From the NCBI GenBank assembly GCA_950097015.1, contig CATNEN010000005.1, forward strand, positions 5,332,001 through 5,396,000: 64,000 nt of DNA. The letters run 5' to 3'. Made by a program: the position numbers and the translations under genes. Under the pieces are notes generated by a model that was not told where the DNA came from, made no database searches, and saw only the letters and a list, made by a program, of their open reading frames with translations. How positions within the stretch are numbered: position 1 is the stretch's first letter; each line of letters starts with the position of its first letter. This stretch comes from Macrostomum hystrix (lineage: Eukaryota; Animalia; Platyhelminthes). Shown here piece by piece: positions 27,909 through 38,700 of the stretch.

Positions 27909-28679
27909 CCATTTTGCGCCCTTTCAGTTCGACAATTGACAACGGAGCCCTTATCTTATCAGGACCAGCTCTATGGTTTCTAGTATCGATTTTGTCTCTC
28001 CGATAGACTTTCTCGCGGGCTAAATATTCGTCTCGTGTTTAAAAAATACTGCTCCGTTTTAGAAGAGCACATTTTCAAACGATTATTTTAGGATTTTTGA
28101 ACTCTGTCAGTACTACTCACATGTAGTGTAGTGAGTAGTAGTATGTTAGGGGTTTACCGGCTGCCCTGGCTTCAATTATAAATAGTATGCTTGTCTATAT
28201 ACGATTATAATTGTTAATAGTATTTGTTAAAAGAAGAAAAACAAAAATATCTAAAAATATTTAATGACTACTTAAACCAGTAGTATAATTATACAAAAAG
28301 AATATAGATTTAATTTGCAAGTGTATTATCTTTAAATTTCACTTTTAGACTTTACTAAGTCTGACTTAAAAGGCTGCAACCAAAAGTGACAAATAAAAAA
28401 CAAAATAATTTAGAAGAGGAATGACGGCGCTTAGTTAAAATGAAATCTACTAAATAGTTGGCAACTGTTGCATTTAAATAGGCTATTTCCAAATAACAGC
28501 AGCAGAAAACAAATGCCATTTAGATTTAATCTAGTGGATAAATACGCAAAAATTAAAGTACATTTTTGTTACTACAGCTTTACATGACAAATAGATATTA
28601 AAATGCATTTGTGGGCTACTGCCTCAGATTTCGGGTCAAACCACTGACACATTATCCTACGTAAAGCTGCACATTGTCA

Positions 28680-29222
28680 GAATTATCCCCTTACACTGCT
28701 CGCAGGGAAGAATTATCCCCTCACACAGTCAGTCAGCTCGCAGAGGAGAATTATCCCCTCACACAGCCAGTCAGGTCGCAGGGAAGAATTATCCCCTCAC
28801 ACAGTCAGTCAGGTTGCAGGCGAAAATTATCCCATCACACAGTCAGTCAGGTTGCAGGCGAAAATTATCCCATCACACAGTCAGTCAGGTTGCAGGGGAG
28901 AATTATCCCATCACACAGTCAGTCGGACGCAGGGGAGAATTATCCCATCACACAGTCAGTCGGACGCAGGGGAGAATTATACCATCACACAGTCAGTCAG
29001 GTCGCAGGGGAGAATTATCCCATCACACAGTCAGTCGGACGCAGGGGAGAATTATCCCCTCACACAGTCAGTCAGGTCGCAGGGGAGAATTATCCCATCA
29101 CACAGTCAGTCGGACGCAGGGGAGAATTATCCCATCACACAGTCAGTCAGGTCGCAGGGGAGAATTATCCCATCACACAGTCAGTCAGGTTGCAGGGGAG
29201 AATTATCCCATCACACGGTCAG
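28680..29222. repeat. 37-38-bp minisatellite (CAGTCAGTCAGGTCGCAGGGGAGAATTATCCCATCACA)n immediately 3' of GLMN
   Basis: Period 38 (28801, 28839), ~14 copies. The terminal unit overlaps the GLMN stop codon. Confidence 0.95.
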
Positions 29223-31560
29223 GTCGCTGGGATCCCAGGAGTCGTCCGGGATGTGGGTGACCTCGGTGGCGTCCCTCACGTAGGGGTTGTTGGCGTCGCC
29301 CTCGGGTAGCGGCGCGGCGGTCACCCAGTCCGGCCGCATGCGGTCGAGGGCGTCGCAGGCCTCACTGTGGACGAAGACGAGCAGCTCGAGGCGGTTCAGC
29401 GCCTCCCGCATGACCCGGCGCTTCTCCGACCGCGACATAGGCGGCAGCGGCACCCCGGCCACTGAGATGCTCGGCTCGATGCCGTCTGCCCGCATCTCTT
29501 CGGCTGGCACGATCAGGTCCTCCTCCGTGGTCGGGTTGCGGTACTCGGCCTGCAGACGTGATAACACACTTTTCGATACATATCGGCTAAAGACTATACA
29601 AAAATAATTTGTTAACATAAGTTCGATTATATATTTTTCGGTACATATCGGCTACAGACAATATAAAGATAAACTGCTAACTAAAAGGGCATATATTATT
29701 TTTTTTCGATACATATCGGCTATATGAAGATGTTACTATGAGAAAGAAGATTATTCTTGAATTAGCTAAAAACTGTTTCATTTTCAATACATATCGGCTA
29801 CAGATAATTCTATAAACTCAGCTACACGAGATTAGATTCTTTCTATACATATAGGCCATTAAGTATTTTTACAATACACATTGTCTACAGGCAAAAAACC
29901 CTTTATTTATGACTATAAAGTCTAAAGCTGTTTCGATACATATCGGGAAAAGAACACCTAACTGCACACCCACTGCCTCACCTTGTAGTGCGCCATGGAC
30001 ATGTTGAAGCCGGTGCGCATCTCATCCAGGTAGGTCTCGGTGATGATCCGGTGCCGATTCCAGAACAGGCTGCGGTTCTGCCGGTCCCTCAGGGCCAGAA
30101 ACTTCAGCAGGTTCAGGCCGGCAATGATGGTCTCAGCCTCCTCCAGCATGTCAGAGACGGCACCCTTGGGCAGAGAGAAGGCTTTGTCCAGCAGGCGCAG
30201 AGCAGAGCTGCCTGTGAACAGCTCAACCTGCGGGCTGGCCGGCTTGCCGGAGTCGCAGGCGTCCAGCGCCAAGGCAAGCTGGTCCTTCAGCCGGCTGATG
30301 AAGAAGCCGCGGCAGCTAGCATGGTCCTGGGAGTTCAGGCTGCGCAGGATGGCCCGGTGACGACCTGCGGGACCAGCGGCAGCGAAGATGGCGGAGAGGC
30401 AGTCAAGAGCTTGCCTGCGGCAGTCAGCAGCTGGCTGATGGATGAGGCATCGCTGCAGGGCCGCCCAGAACTCTCGGAACTCGGTCAAATCCCACAGCCC
30501 GGCATCCAGCAAGTCCGGCTCCGGCACGAGCCGATGCAGCAGCGACAGGGCGACTCGAGCTGCTGCGGCTGACTCGCCTGACAGGGAAGAAGACAGCACA
30601 GGCAGCAGCTGCAGCATCAGGTGAGAGCTTGAGTACACCTGAGATTGGGGATATATTAGTGAACGGATTTGTCTGAGTACACATGAGGATTAGGGATATT
30701 TTAGCAGTTCCCACACTCGCTGAAATCCCACTCACCTGAGGAAACGCCGATCCCACATCGGCAGCCCCAGTGAGGATGGTGAAGGCAGCAGCCAGCCTGG
30801 CATTCGGGGAGGCGGTGACGTCATCGGAGGTGCCGCAGAGCAGCAATTGAGTCAAGCGCTGCCCCATCACTGAAGCCAGAAGCTGGGTGAGTTGGGATGC
30901 CAGGTCGCACGCATCGGACCTCAGTCGCTGGTCGCTGCTCCTCCAGCAGAGGTCGGCAGGCAGCAGCGGCTTCTCAAGCAGCCGCAGCGCGCAGCCGGCC
31001 ACCGCCCGCTGCAGCCGTGGAGCAGGATTCGAACCCGCGTCCTGCAGGAGGTCCCTGAGCAGCTGCAGCAGCTGGGCGGTGAGGCGCAAAGCTCGCTGAG
31101 TCTCGGGATCCGACTGCATCAGGGCGAGCTCATCGTCCTCCAGCGATGCCTGCGGATCTCCGCAGCTTTGAATGTGAGCTCCGAGCACGTCAAGAGCCGC
31201 CTCAGCGCTGGCTGCGCCAACTCGGGCCAAGCAGTTCCTGACAGACGGAATCAGCTGCTCAAATCTGCAGTCATCCTTGAAGCAATCCAGCGCCTCCAAT
31301 AGCACCAGCAGAACCTCCTTGGCGCTGCCGATTTTGGACAGCCGATCTCTGAGCACAGTTGAGCACAGTACAAACAGCACCGGATGCTGCTCAAGGTGTT
31401 CCTGGGTCAGGTACTGAGACAGGCAGCGAGCCACGTCCCAGGCTTCGTTGGCCAGCACTGAGTCCGGCGCCGCATCGAGACAGCGACGAAGCCTCGCCTC
31501 ATCGTCTGCTGCCAGACTGAGCTCAACCTCCGCGGTCAGCGACTGAGGCGTCGAGGGATC
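29211..31560 (-). CDS. GLMN: Glomulin (FAP68 / Ybp1 / ALF4 family, RBX1-binding cullin-RING ligase inhibitor); exons complement(join(29211..29549,29982..30638,30736..31560)), ~606 codons, no ATG at the 5' end
   Basis: Motifs recalled from glomulin: NEAWDVARCL (NMGWNLV..VVRCL), GSAKEVLLVLLE (CNPKELLLGLLE), FNMSMAHYK|AEY (LNMSKAHYEAEI), ISVAGVPLPPM..EKRRVMREALNRLEL (ITVSGEEIPNM..MQLKVLHSALFTFDL). Both introns are GT-AG, phase 0 and keep the frame. Confidence 0.88.
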
Positions 31561-31679
31561 CTGCAATGACGTTATTGGAGCACTTGTCTGGCAATTCCGC
31601 CCATTTTGCTGACTCCTGAGCACACAAGCACACAGTTACTGTATGTAGGTACACGCTCACACAGGTGTGTACATCTGCC

Positions 31680-31858
31680 CTGACTTTCTTATCGTCAGGC
31701 AGTGTACACTCTCACTGGGTCTAGGAGGTTGGCCCTCAGGGGCGTAAATTGCACAAGCCCCTAAGCCTTCTCTCCGCGGCTGCGCCCCAAATAAATGTGG
31801 CTTGGCAGCAGAATCGAGCTTAGGGACCTAGGTGCGAGAGGTAAACGCGTGATACCAT
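31680..31858 (-). mobile_element. Dispersed ~180-bp SINE-like repeat (family B) between BRIX1 and GLMN
   Basis: Clearly similar to 53710-53888 by eye (shared CTGACTTTCT.ATCGTCAGGCAGTGTACACTCTCACTG...GGGCGTAAATTGCAC...CCTTCTCTCCGCGGC). The minus strand begins with a degenerate tRNA-like head. Confidence 0.7.
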
Positions 31859-31995
31859 TAGCTGCAGCTTTGCTATCTGGCTTCTGATTATCAATCATCT
31901 TTCTACCTGACTTCTCTGGATCTCAAAAAAGAAATAATGAACCCAAGAACAACGAATTCAACCAATCAGATGCGTTGAACAGACACAACTTGGCA

Positions 31996-32005
31996 TTTAT
32001 TTATT
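31996..32005 (-). terminator. Overlapping AATAAA polyadenylation signals of BRIX1
   Basis: Reverse complement AATAAATAAA ~115 nt after the BRIX1 stop, followed by a U-rich tract at ~31925-31955. Confidence 0.6.
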
Positions 32006-32116
32006 CCCAAGCCACAATTTTTCAAGCGAAGAAAAATGCAGAAATATTTTTCAATTAGGTGACGATTAAGAAGCGTTTGATTAGTCCATCCACTTTGTTG
32101 AAATTGAAACGAAGCC

Positions 32117-33106
32117 TCACTGGAACACCTGGTCAGTTGGGTCAGCAGCAAACGTTGGCAAATCTGAATGCATTCTCTGCCTAATCTTGGCCTGCAATTT
32201 GCTCACATACTTCATGCTATTGCCAGCTCTAAGACGCGGCGGTGGCACATAGGCCGGATTGTCAAATAGGCAGGGACCGGTGAAACTACCGGACCAGATT
32301 CTGATTGGCCGGAGCACGCACCTGGGTCCAATCTCGGCCATATCGCCGGTTTCGTTGACAATTTGAAAATTTCTCAACCAAATGCGGCCATCCAGCCAGG
32401 CTAGGAGAAGCACGTGATCAATAAACGGCTTACTGTGCGGATGAGAACGCGGCACAGAGAACACCTGGGTTAGGAGTTCCTTCAATAAGCGCAACTGCGG
32501 ATTTGAGTCGAAAGCGGAATCGAAGGCTACAATATGTCTGGAGCCTTTCAGACAATTGCCAGTTAGCTTTAGTTCGCTCATAGTGTGAACATTTTCAACT
32601 AGAAACTTTGCGCTAGGACCTTGGCCGGCTTTGCTAAGCCACATGTACAGATCCTGCTTGCGCCTGGTCTCCAGGTACATCACGTGAGTAGCGTTGCGAG
32701 TCTCGGCAATCTCATTTAATAGGATGAGCTGATCTTTGCCAGCAAATTTCGAATCAGATTTAGCCTGCGGTAGAAGGGCTTGGAAATCTTTCAACAGATG
32801 CCTGCCAAGATAGGATACGCCGCGAGATGCCACAGTCAATAGCCGGACTCGATTAGTCCATTCAATCTTTTTAGTTGGCTCTCCGCCGCTGCGAACTTTC
32901 GGCGGCAGGACACCCGGTGCCTTCTTGGGATTCACTATGCGACGCACTTCTGATGCCATAGCAGACTTATTGGCCTTCTTATTGTTCGATTGCTTGGTTT
33001 TTGCTTTCATTGGAACTGTTGGACTCACAGCTATTCGCTGCTTCTTGGCTGTTGGTTGGCCATTAGCAGGCGAATGCTGCTGTTGCTGTTGCTGCTTTGT
33101 GCGCTT
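32117..33106 (-). CDS. BRIX1: Ribosome biogenesis protein BRX1 homolog (Brix domain), intronless
   Basis: WTNRVRLLTVASRG...RHLLKDFQALLP...DLYMWLSKAGQGPSAKFLVENVHTMSELKLTGNCLKGSR...RIWLRNFQI...EIGPRCVL matches Brx1/BRIX1. The track start at 33112 is TTG. The frame opens after a TTGCAG acceptor (AG at 33108-33107), and the first in-frame ATG is at 33010. Confidence 0.96.
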   Translation of the reverse strand, partial: KRTKQQQQQQHSPANGQPTAKKQRIAVSPTVPMKAKTKQSNNKKANKSAMASEVRRIVNPKKAPGVLPPKVRSGGEPTKKIEWTNRVRLLTVASRGVSYLGRHLLKDFQALLPQAKSDSKFAGKDQLILLNEIAETRNATHVMYLETRRKQDLYMWLSKAGQGPSAKFLVENVHTMSELKLTGNCLKGSRHIVAFDSAFDSNPQLRLLKELLTQVFSVPRSHPHSKPFIDHVLLLAWLDGRIWLRNFQIVNETGDMAEIGPRCVLRPIRIWSGSFTGPCLFDNPAYVPPPRLRAGNSMKYVSKLQAKIRQRMHSDLPTFAADPTDQVFQ

Positions 33107-34247
33107 CTGCAAGACCGAATTGTCTTTTTAGTGATTTTTGCGACAAAAACCAATACTAAAATCTTCATGATGAATGGATTTTAAAGAGGCTTATATTATT
33201 TTTTACAATTGTGTGCTAGTGTCAATAGCATAGTGCAAAAGCTGCTATGTGATATCTATGGAAACTAGCTTTGAATTTAGATTTACAGAATGTCTTTATA
33301 CATACATGCGCAACACCCGGCTGACCCGGCCGGGTGAAACGAGGGCCAAGCAAGGTAAATTGCAAAAACCAATCAACCAAGCGCAAAAAAATCAAAGGGG
33401 AGACCAAAGGACAAAAAAAGAAGGCGTGAAGAAAAGGAAAAAGGGGAGAGAAAAAGAGAGCAAATGAGAGCAAACTAAGTTGTAAATAGAGCAATGAAAC
33501 GAACTAAGTCGCAAATGAGAGCAAACTAAGTCGTAAATAGAGCAAAAACTAAGTTGCACGGCCGGCTAAGATTTGGGAGGTCACACATGTATGCTGGTTC
33601 TAACAGCTAATGCTAAATCATTGTTGTCAGCTTAAAGCTGCACATTTCAGCGAGACTCCTAAAAAATTCAGAATCAAACTGCCAAATCTTTTTATTACTC
33701 TAAATTCTATGGCAAACCAGATCTCAGCCATTTGTGAATTTATCAGAGAGACATTAGTCAATCCTGTCTCCTGGTCGATTGGTTGCCTAATTTTAGTAGC
33801 ATTAAGTAATTACAGATCTAGTAGGCAGAGTTTATACATGCTTAACCATTGTATAATGTGGAATGAATACATTACATATGAAAATTACTTTAGTTTAAAT
33901 GGTTCTCTTACAAGTGCAAGTAAGCAAACACCTACCTAGCCTACTATTTTGATTAAACTATCATTGAAAAGTACATGTTAAGAAACATTTTCATGTAGAC
34001 CCTACCTATAGAGGCTTATTTAGTAGCCCCTCTAATCATAACAAAGAAAAAATGTTTAGGTTAGACCTAAAATGTTTAGATAAAAAAACAGATTATTTAA
34101 ATGACTTCTTATTTTATTTATATTTTTCATTTAAGTCCTAGCATAATCTAGTTAGGCCTAGTCTAGAGCTAGGCTTACTTGCCACTTACACAAAACTCTG
34201 AAATATCTTAGGGGCCTAATTGCTTTCTATCTTGATCATATTTAATG

Positions 34248-34716
34248 GGTCCCAGGTCATTTCGGTGACAGTCATTTTGGTGACAACTCAAGTCATTTCA
34301 GTGACACAATTAGTCAGATTGGTGACAACTATTTTTGCACCTAAATATGCTAAAAAACAGCCTTCCATTTTAACTATGCACACTTATAAGTTATAAAGTA
34401 TTAATTAAATAATGCTGTATTAATAAGAAGCTGCATCACTCTGATTAAGTCTGGGTTTTACTTTAAATGAGTTAAATAATTAAATTATTTAATGAGTATT
34501 CCATAGTTTCAATAGTTATTCATGCCTAATTAAATGTGTACAATAGGCCCCTAATCATTTTTTCAAGTTTTGGATTGACAAAGGCGAGTGCGGGCTTTAA
34601 GCAGCTGCTGGATCGTGGAAGGCTGTTTTCTCAGCATATTTAGGTGCAAAAATAGTTGTCACCGAACTGACCAATTCTGTCACCGAAATGTCTTGTCACT
34701 GAAATGACCTGGGACC
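34248..34716. mobile_element. Non-autonomous DNA transposon (MITE) with ~100-120 bp imperfect TIRs in the BRIX1/CDC73 divergent intergenic region
   Basis: Left end GGTCCCAGGTCATTTC...ACAACTATTTTTGCACCTAAATATGCT..AAACAGCCTTCCA. The right end is its reverse complement (TGGAAGGCTGTTT..AGCATATTTAGGTGCAAAAATAGTTGTC...GAAATGACCTGGGACC). Internal GTCATTT(C/T)(G/A)GTGACA repeats. No clear TSD. Confidence 0.85.
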
Positions 34717-35733
34717 ATATTATGAGCCATGAGCCTTATTTAGTCTGCTCTGGTTTATATAGCTAGCACAAGCTAGGCCTAGGGCCAAGTAAAACTGCCA
34801 GAAAAGCACAGAATTAAATAACTATCAATTAAAAATACTAGAGAATAGCTTTAAATAAAAAAACGCCATGTCTAATTAATATGCAAAAAGTAGTCCTAAA
34901 GTTTTATTAGCCAAGATATATAGGTATAGCCAAGCTAAGCTAAAATTTTTCTAAGCTTTAATAGCCAAGCTACAAAAAGTTCAAAAAAAGTATTGAGATC
35001 TCAACGAGTCAACTATGATTAGCTAGCCTACGCTCGTAAGCTGTCTGTTAATAGCTATACTTTTTTTCTTTACTACGTGTGCTGCCTTTGAAAGCCAGTG
35101 GTGTTGTTTATGGCGAAAACCGATATATTTACCGTAAATAAGAAAAAGCAACCACAGTTGGTATAGTCAAAGATCAAAACTTAAACCAAGGACCACGAGA
35201 AGAAGAATCTAGAGGTTCTTGACTTAAACTTGAATATTATTTAAACTGACAAGTGAGTTACTAGTTCGAGCGTGAGATACTAAAATGAAGCCAATTTCTT
35301 GTTTTAACTTTTGAGCAGGCCTAGGTAATAATTATTGTTGAATTGAAAGAAAAGATTAACTTATTTTTCTAGCGGGTTCAAACTCGTAAAGGTAAATAAT
35401 CCGCGTAAAACAATAATTTTATTTTTTAACATAAAAAAATGGAAGTTGTTATAATAATTGTATTTCAATACTGACAAAATTAAATTGTTAAAATGAAATA
35501 AAATGTATTTACTGACTATTATTGTTGTACTTTTCATTATTTTAACTGGACAAAAAACATGCAGTCCGCGGGTTGGCTTTAGTGGGTTAGTTTACGCTGA
35601 TAATTGTAATTCAAGAAGTTATTGCATAAGGAGAAGTATCTAATATCGTCTATCGGTAAAGAAACGTTTATACATAGTCAATCAAAATAGCAGATTATTT
35701 TTATTACTTCTGGTTTCTTGTTCTATCTTTACT

Positions 35734-38700
35734 ATGGCAGACGTTTTGTCAATTATTCGTGACTATACAATAAAAAACAAAGAAATAATAGAGAAGGATG
35801 ACGATGTTATCTTTGGTGACTTCGCGTATCCTAAAAGTACCAAAACAAATTACATCATCTGGGGGTAAGTTTAACTGCTTTTCACTGTCTTTCTATTTAT
35901 TAATTCATTATAGCCTGCCTATCATCTTATAGCCACAGTCTGCAGTCAAGGTTTTAGAGTGTGAGGCAGAATATTTATTGATCACCATTACCATTACCAT
36001 TTGAACATTTTAAAACAAACATTTTGATGAGGCATTCAGACAAAATAGTTACTTTTAATGATAATAGCTATGGTTCAAGTGACACATTAAATAACTGTTT
36101 TATCAGATTGTTTATGTTTGTGGGGACGAAATATAGATGTCTATAACTTGTGCTGATCGGTTTTTACCGTTGTTAAACCGACATTAAAATGTACATACAC
36201 TGGAGTGGGGTGGCAGCTAGCGGGACAAGATTTTAATTGGGGTGTGTGACATGGAATTCCCAAGCCCACCCCAAGTGGACAATTAGTCATGCTGATGATT
36301 CATCTCTCAAAAAACATACTATCTATACTCATAGTATAGCCGACATAAACTTTTCCCAACGCTAACTAAAAATATATATGCATGGATGCAGTATACCAAA
36401 ATACATTGCTGATGTAAACTTTTCCCGACGCTAACTAAAATATATGGTACCCGGTAAAATGCGGAATCCGCAACGGAATCGGAATGGAATAGTACGGTAA
36501 AACGCGGAATCCGCAGCGGAATGGTAAACTGCGGAACGAAGTGCGGATTCCGCACATTAAAGTAAAACGCGGAATGCGAAAATAAAAAAAGTAAAATGCG
36601 GAATGAAAACTAACTGAATTATACTTTTATTCATCAACATCAACATGTACTAAAGACTACAAATAGCTATCTAGCTACATGTATATATAGCTTAATTTAT
36701 AATTTATTTAGAAGCTGATTTTTTGTAGTGTCAAATAAAGTTTCTATCATCGGAATGTATATTAACAACATATTGTACAGTTTTCGGAAATAAGTATACG
36801 CTAAAAATACAGAAATAAATTTCTTTGCAAGAAATGTTTAAATATTCCATTTGCCTATCTTGCAAATGCATTCGGAAGTGTTACCATGATGCTCACTTGC
36901 GTTAGGCTTCCGCGCCAGTTTATCACAATATATCATGATATTAAAAAGTGCTTATGCATGGACCTGGCCTTATTTCCAAGTGCCAAAATGTGCTACAAGG
37001 GAACCTAATGTACAAGCAAAACCCTTTCCTGGACATCCTTTTTGATGCGACCAACTATTAACAGCTAATTTTCTAAATGTACTGTTTGATTGAATCTATG
37101 CATTAACTTTTCTGTGGACAAAGCCCACGAGATTAAGTTCCGAAGAGGGTTTACAGGCGACAACAACCTGCTTTACGGGTGTGCGGGTAGAGCCTCTATG
37201 TGACTATGACCCGAAACAACAGCCCAGCAGTTGAACAACAGCCGTAGGCTTTAATCAGTCACAAGCATAATCAGCTTGGCTTCAATTTCAGTTCCCTCAC
37301 CAACTCTAAAAGACTGCAGTCTGTAATTAGTAGTTAAACGTCGACAAAAAACTAAATAACTAATAAAAAAGCGCATTGCAAATTTGATTGGTGCACGAGT
37401 TAGGAGGCTGCTGACAAGAGTCCAACTAAAAGAAACTAGAAAGCGACCAAGCCACGTTTATAGACTAGATCCTTTTTGACAATTTAAATGGAATGGACAG
37501 TAAATTTAGCACACGAACATGATTTAACATAATTTTAGTAGTCATTTAGTAGTCGTTCCAAAAAGGAATTGGTTACTATTTCGAAAGATTAATCTAATTG
37601 TCTTTTTTCAGTTAGCTTAGGTCACTTTGTTTCCTTTAGTAGCTTGACATACTAACAAAAACTTATTTGTCGAATATATTGTGCCATGGCCATCAGATAT
37701 TAGTCTCTAATCTCTCATAACCAAATAGTAAGTGACCCAAATAAGGATGATGAATACAATACATGAAAACTAAGCCAAACAATCTTTACAATATAATCAC
37801 CATTACAGTTGCGCAGGGATTTTAGCTTGTGCAAAACAAAAAAATGTCATACAAAATTGTCTAATCAAATTATTAAGGCGTCAGTGTTTTACAACAAAAA
37901 TTTAGAAACCAAAAGATGGAAAATTTAGCAAAATATGCTCTCACATACAAAACAAAAATAATAATAACTCCATCATTAAAGTTACTGTGTATAAAAAGAA
38001 CAATCATATTTTCTTCAGTTGTCTGAGTGCGATAGCGCAGTATTTTCGAATGACCCTACCAGTGGTTTTGAAGAATGGAAAAGAAAACCAGCGCATTTCG
38101 TCAGAAATTCACTATAAAAGGCTTCCCTTCTGGCTGCTGTACTGTGGGTCCTTAGATACAACCGGTTTAGTTTATGGCCAAGCCATCAAGACTTACGCTG
38201 ATTGTGAATGCAAAAGTATTTATAATTAAAATATACGCGACACGCAAGGCCAATCAATAGCCAGATAAACACCAAACATGGCACTAAGAAGATAGCATCA
38301 GCAGGTAGCAGGTAGGTATTGAGGATTCAAGGGATTATCGGCACGCTTTGAGCAGGTAGCATCTGCAGGTAGGTATTGAGGATTCAAGGGATTATCGGCA
38401 CGCTTTGAGCAGGTAGCATCTGCAGGTAGGTATTGAGGATTTAAGGGATTATCGGCACATAGGACTAGCACTAAAGATGGCAATGAGAACAGAAGAAGTT
38501 CGGCTGCTTTGCAGCTTTAGCGAAGTCAGCGTCACTCAAGCCTAAACAGTTGGCATGGTACCACTTGCTACAGTGGTCGCACATAATTGACAAGTCAGTG
38601 GAGAAATATGGCGTTCTGCAGTCGCAGATGAGGTCAGTGCGAAAACATCGAATTGACAAATTTCGCACTTTCCGTGAAGAATCTATTGGAAACGGTAGCA

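Noticed and set aside
27782-28006. 74-aa polyQ ORF on the + strand
   Set aside because: TTG start, driven by a (CAG)10 microsatellite, no homology recognised. It lies in the probable upstream region of the Ly6-like gene.
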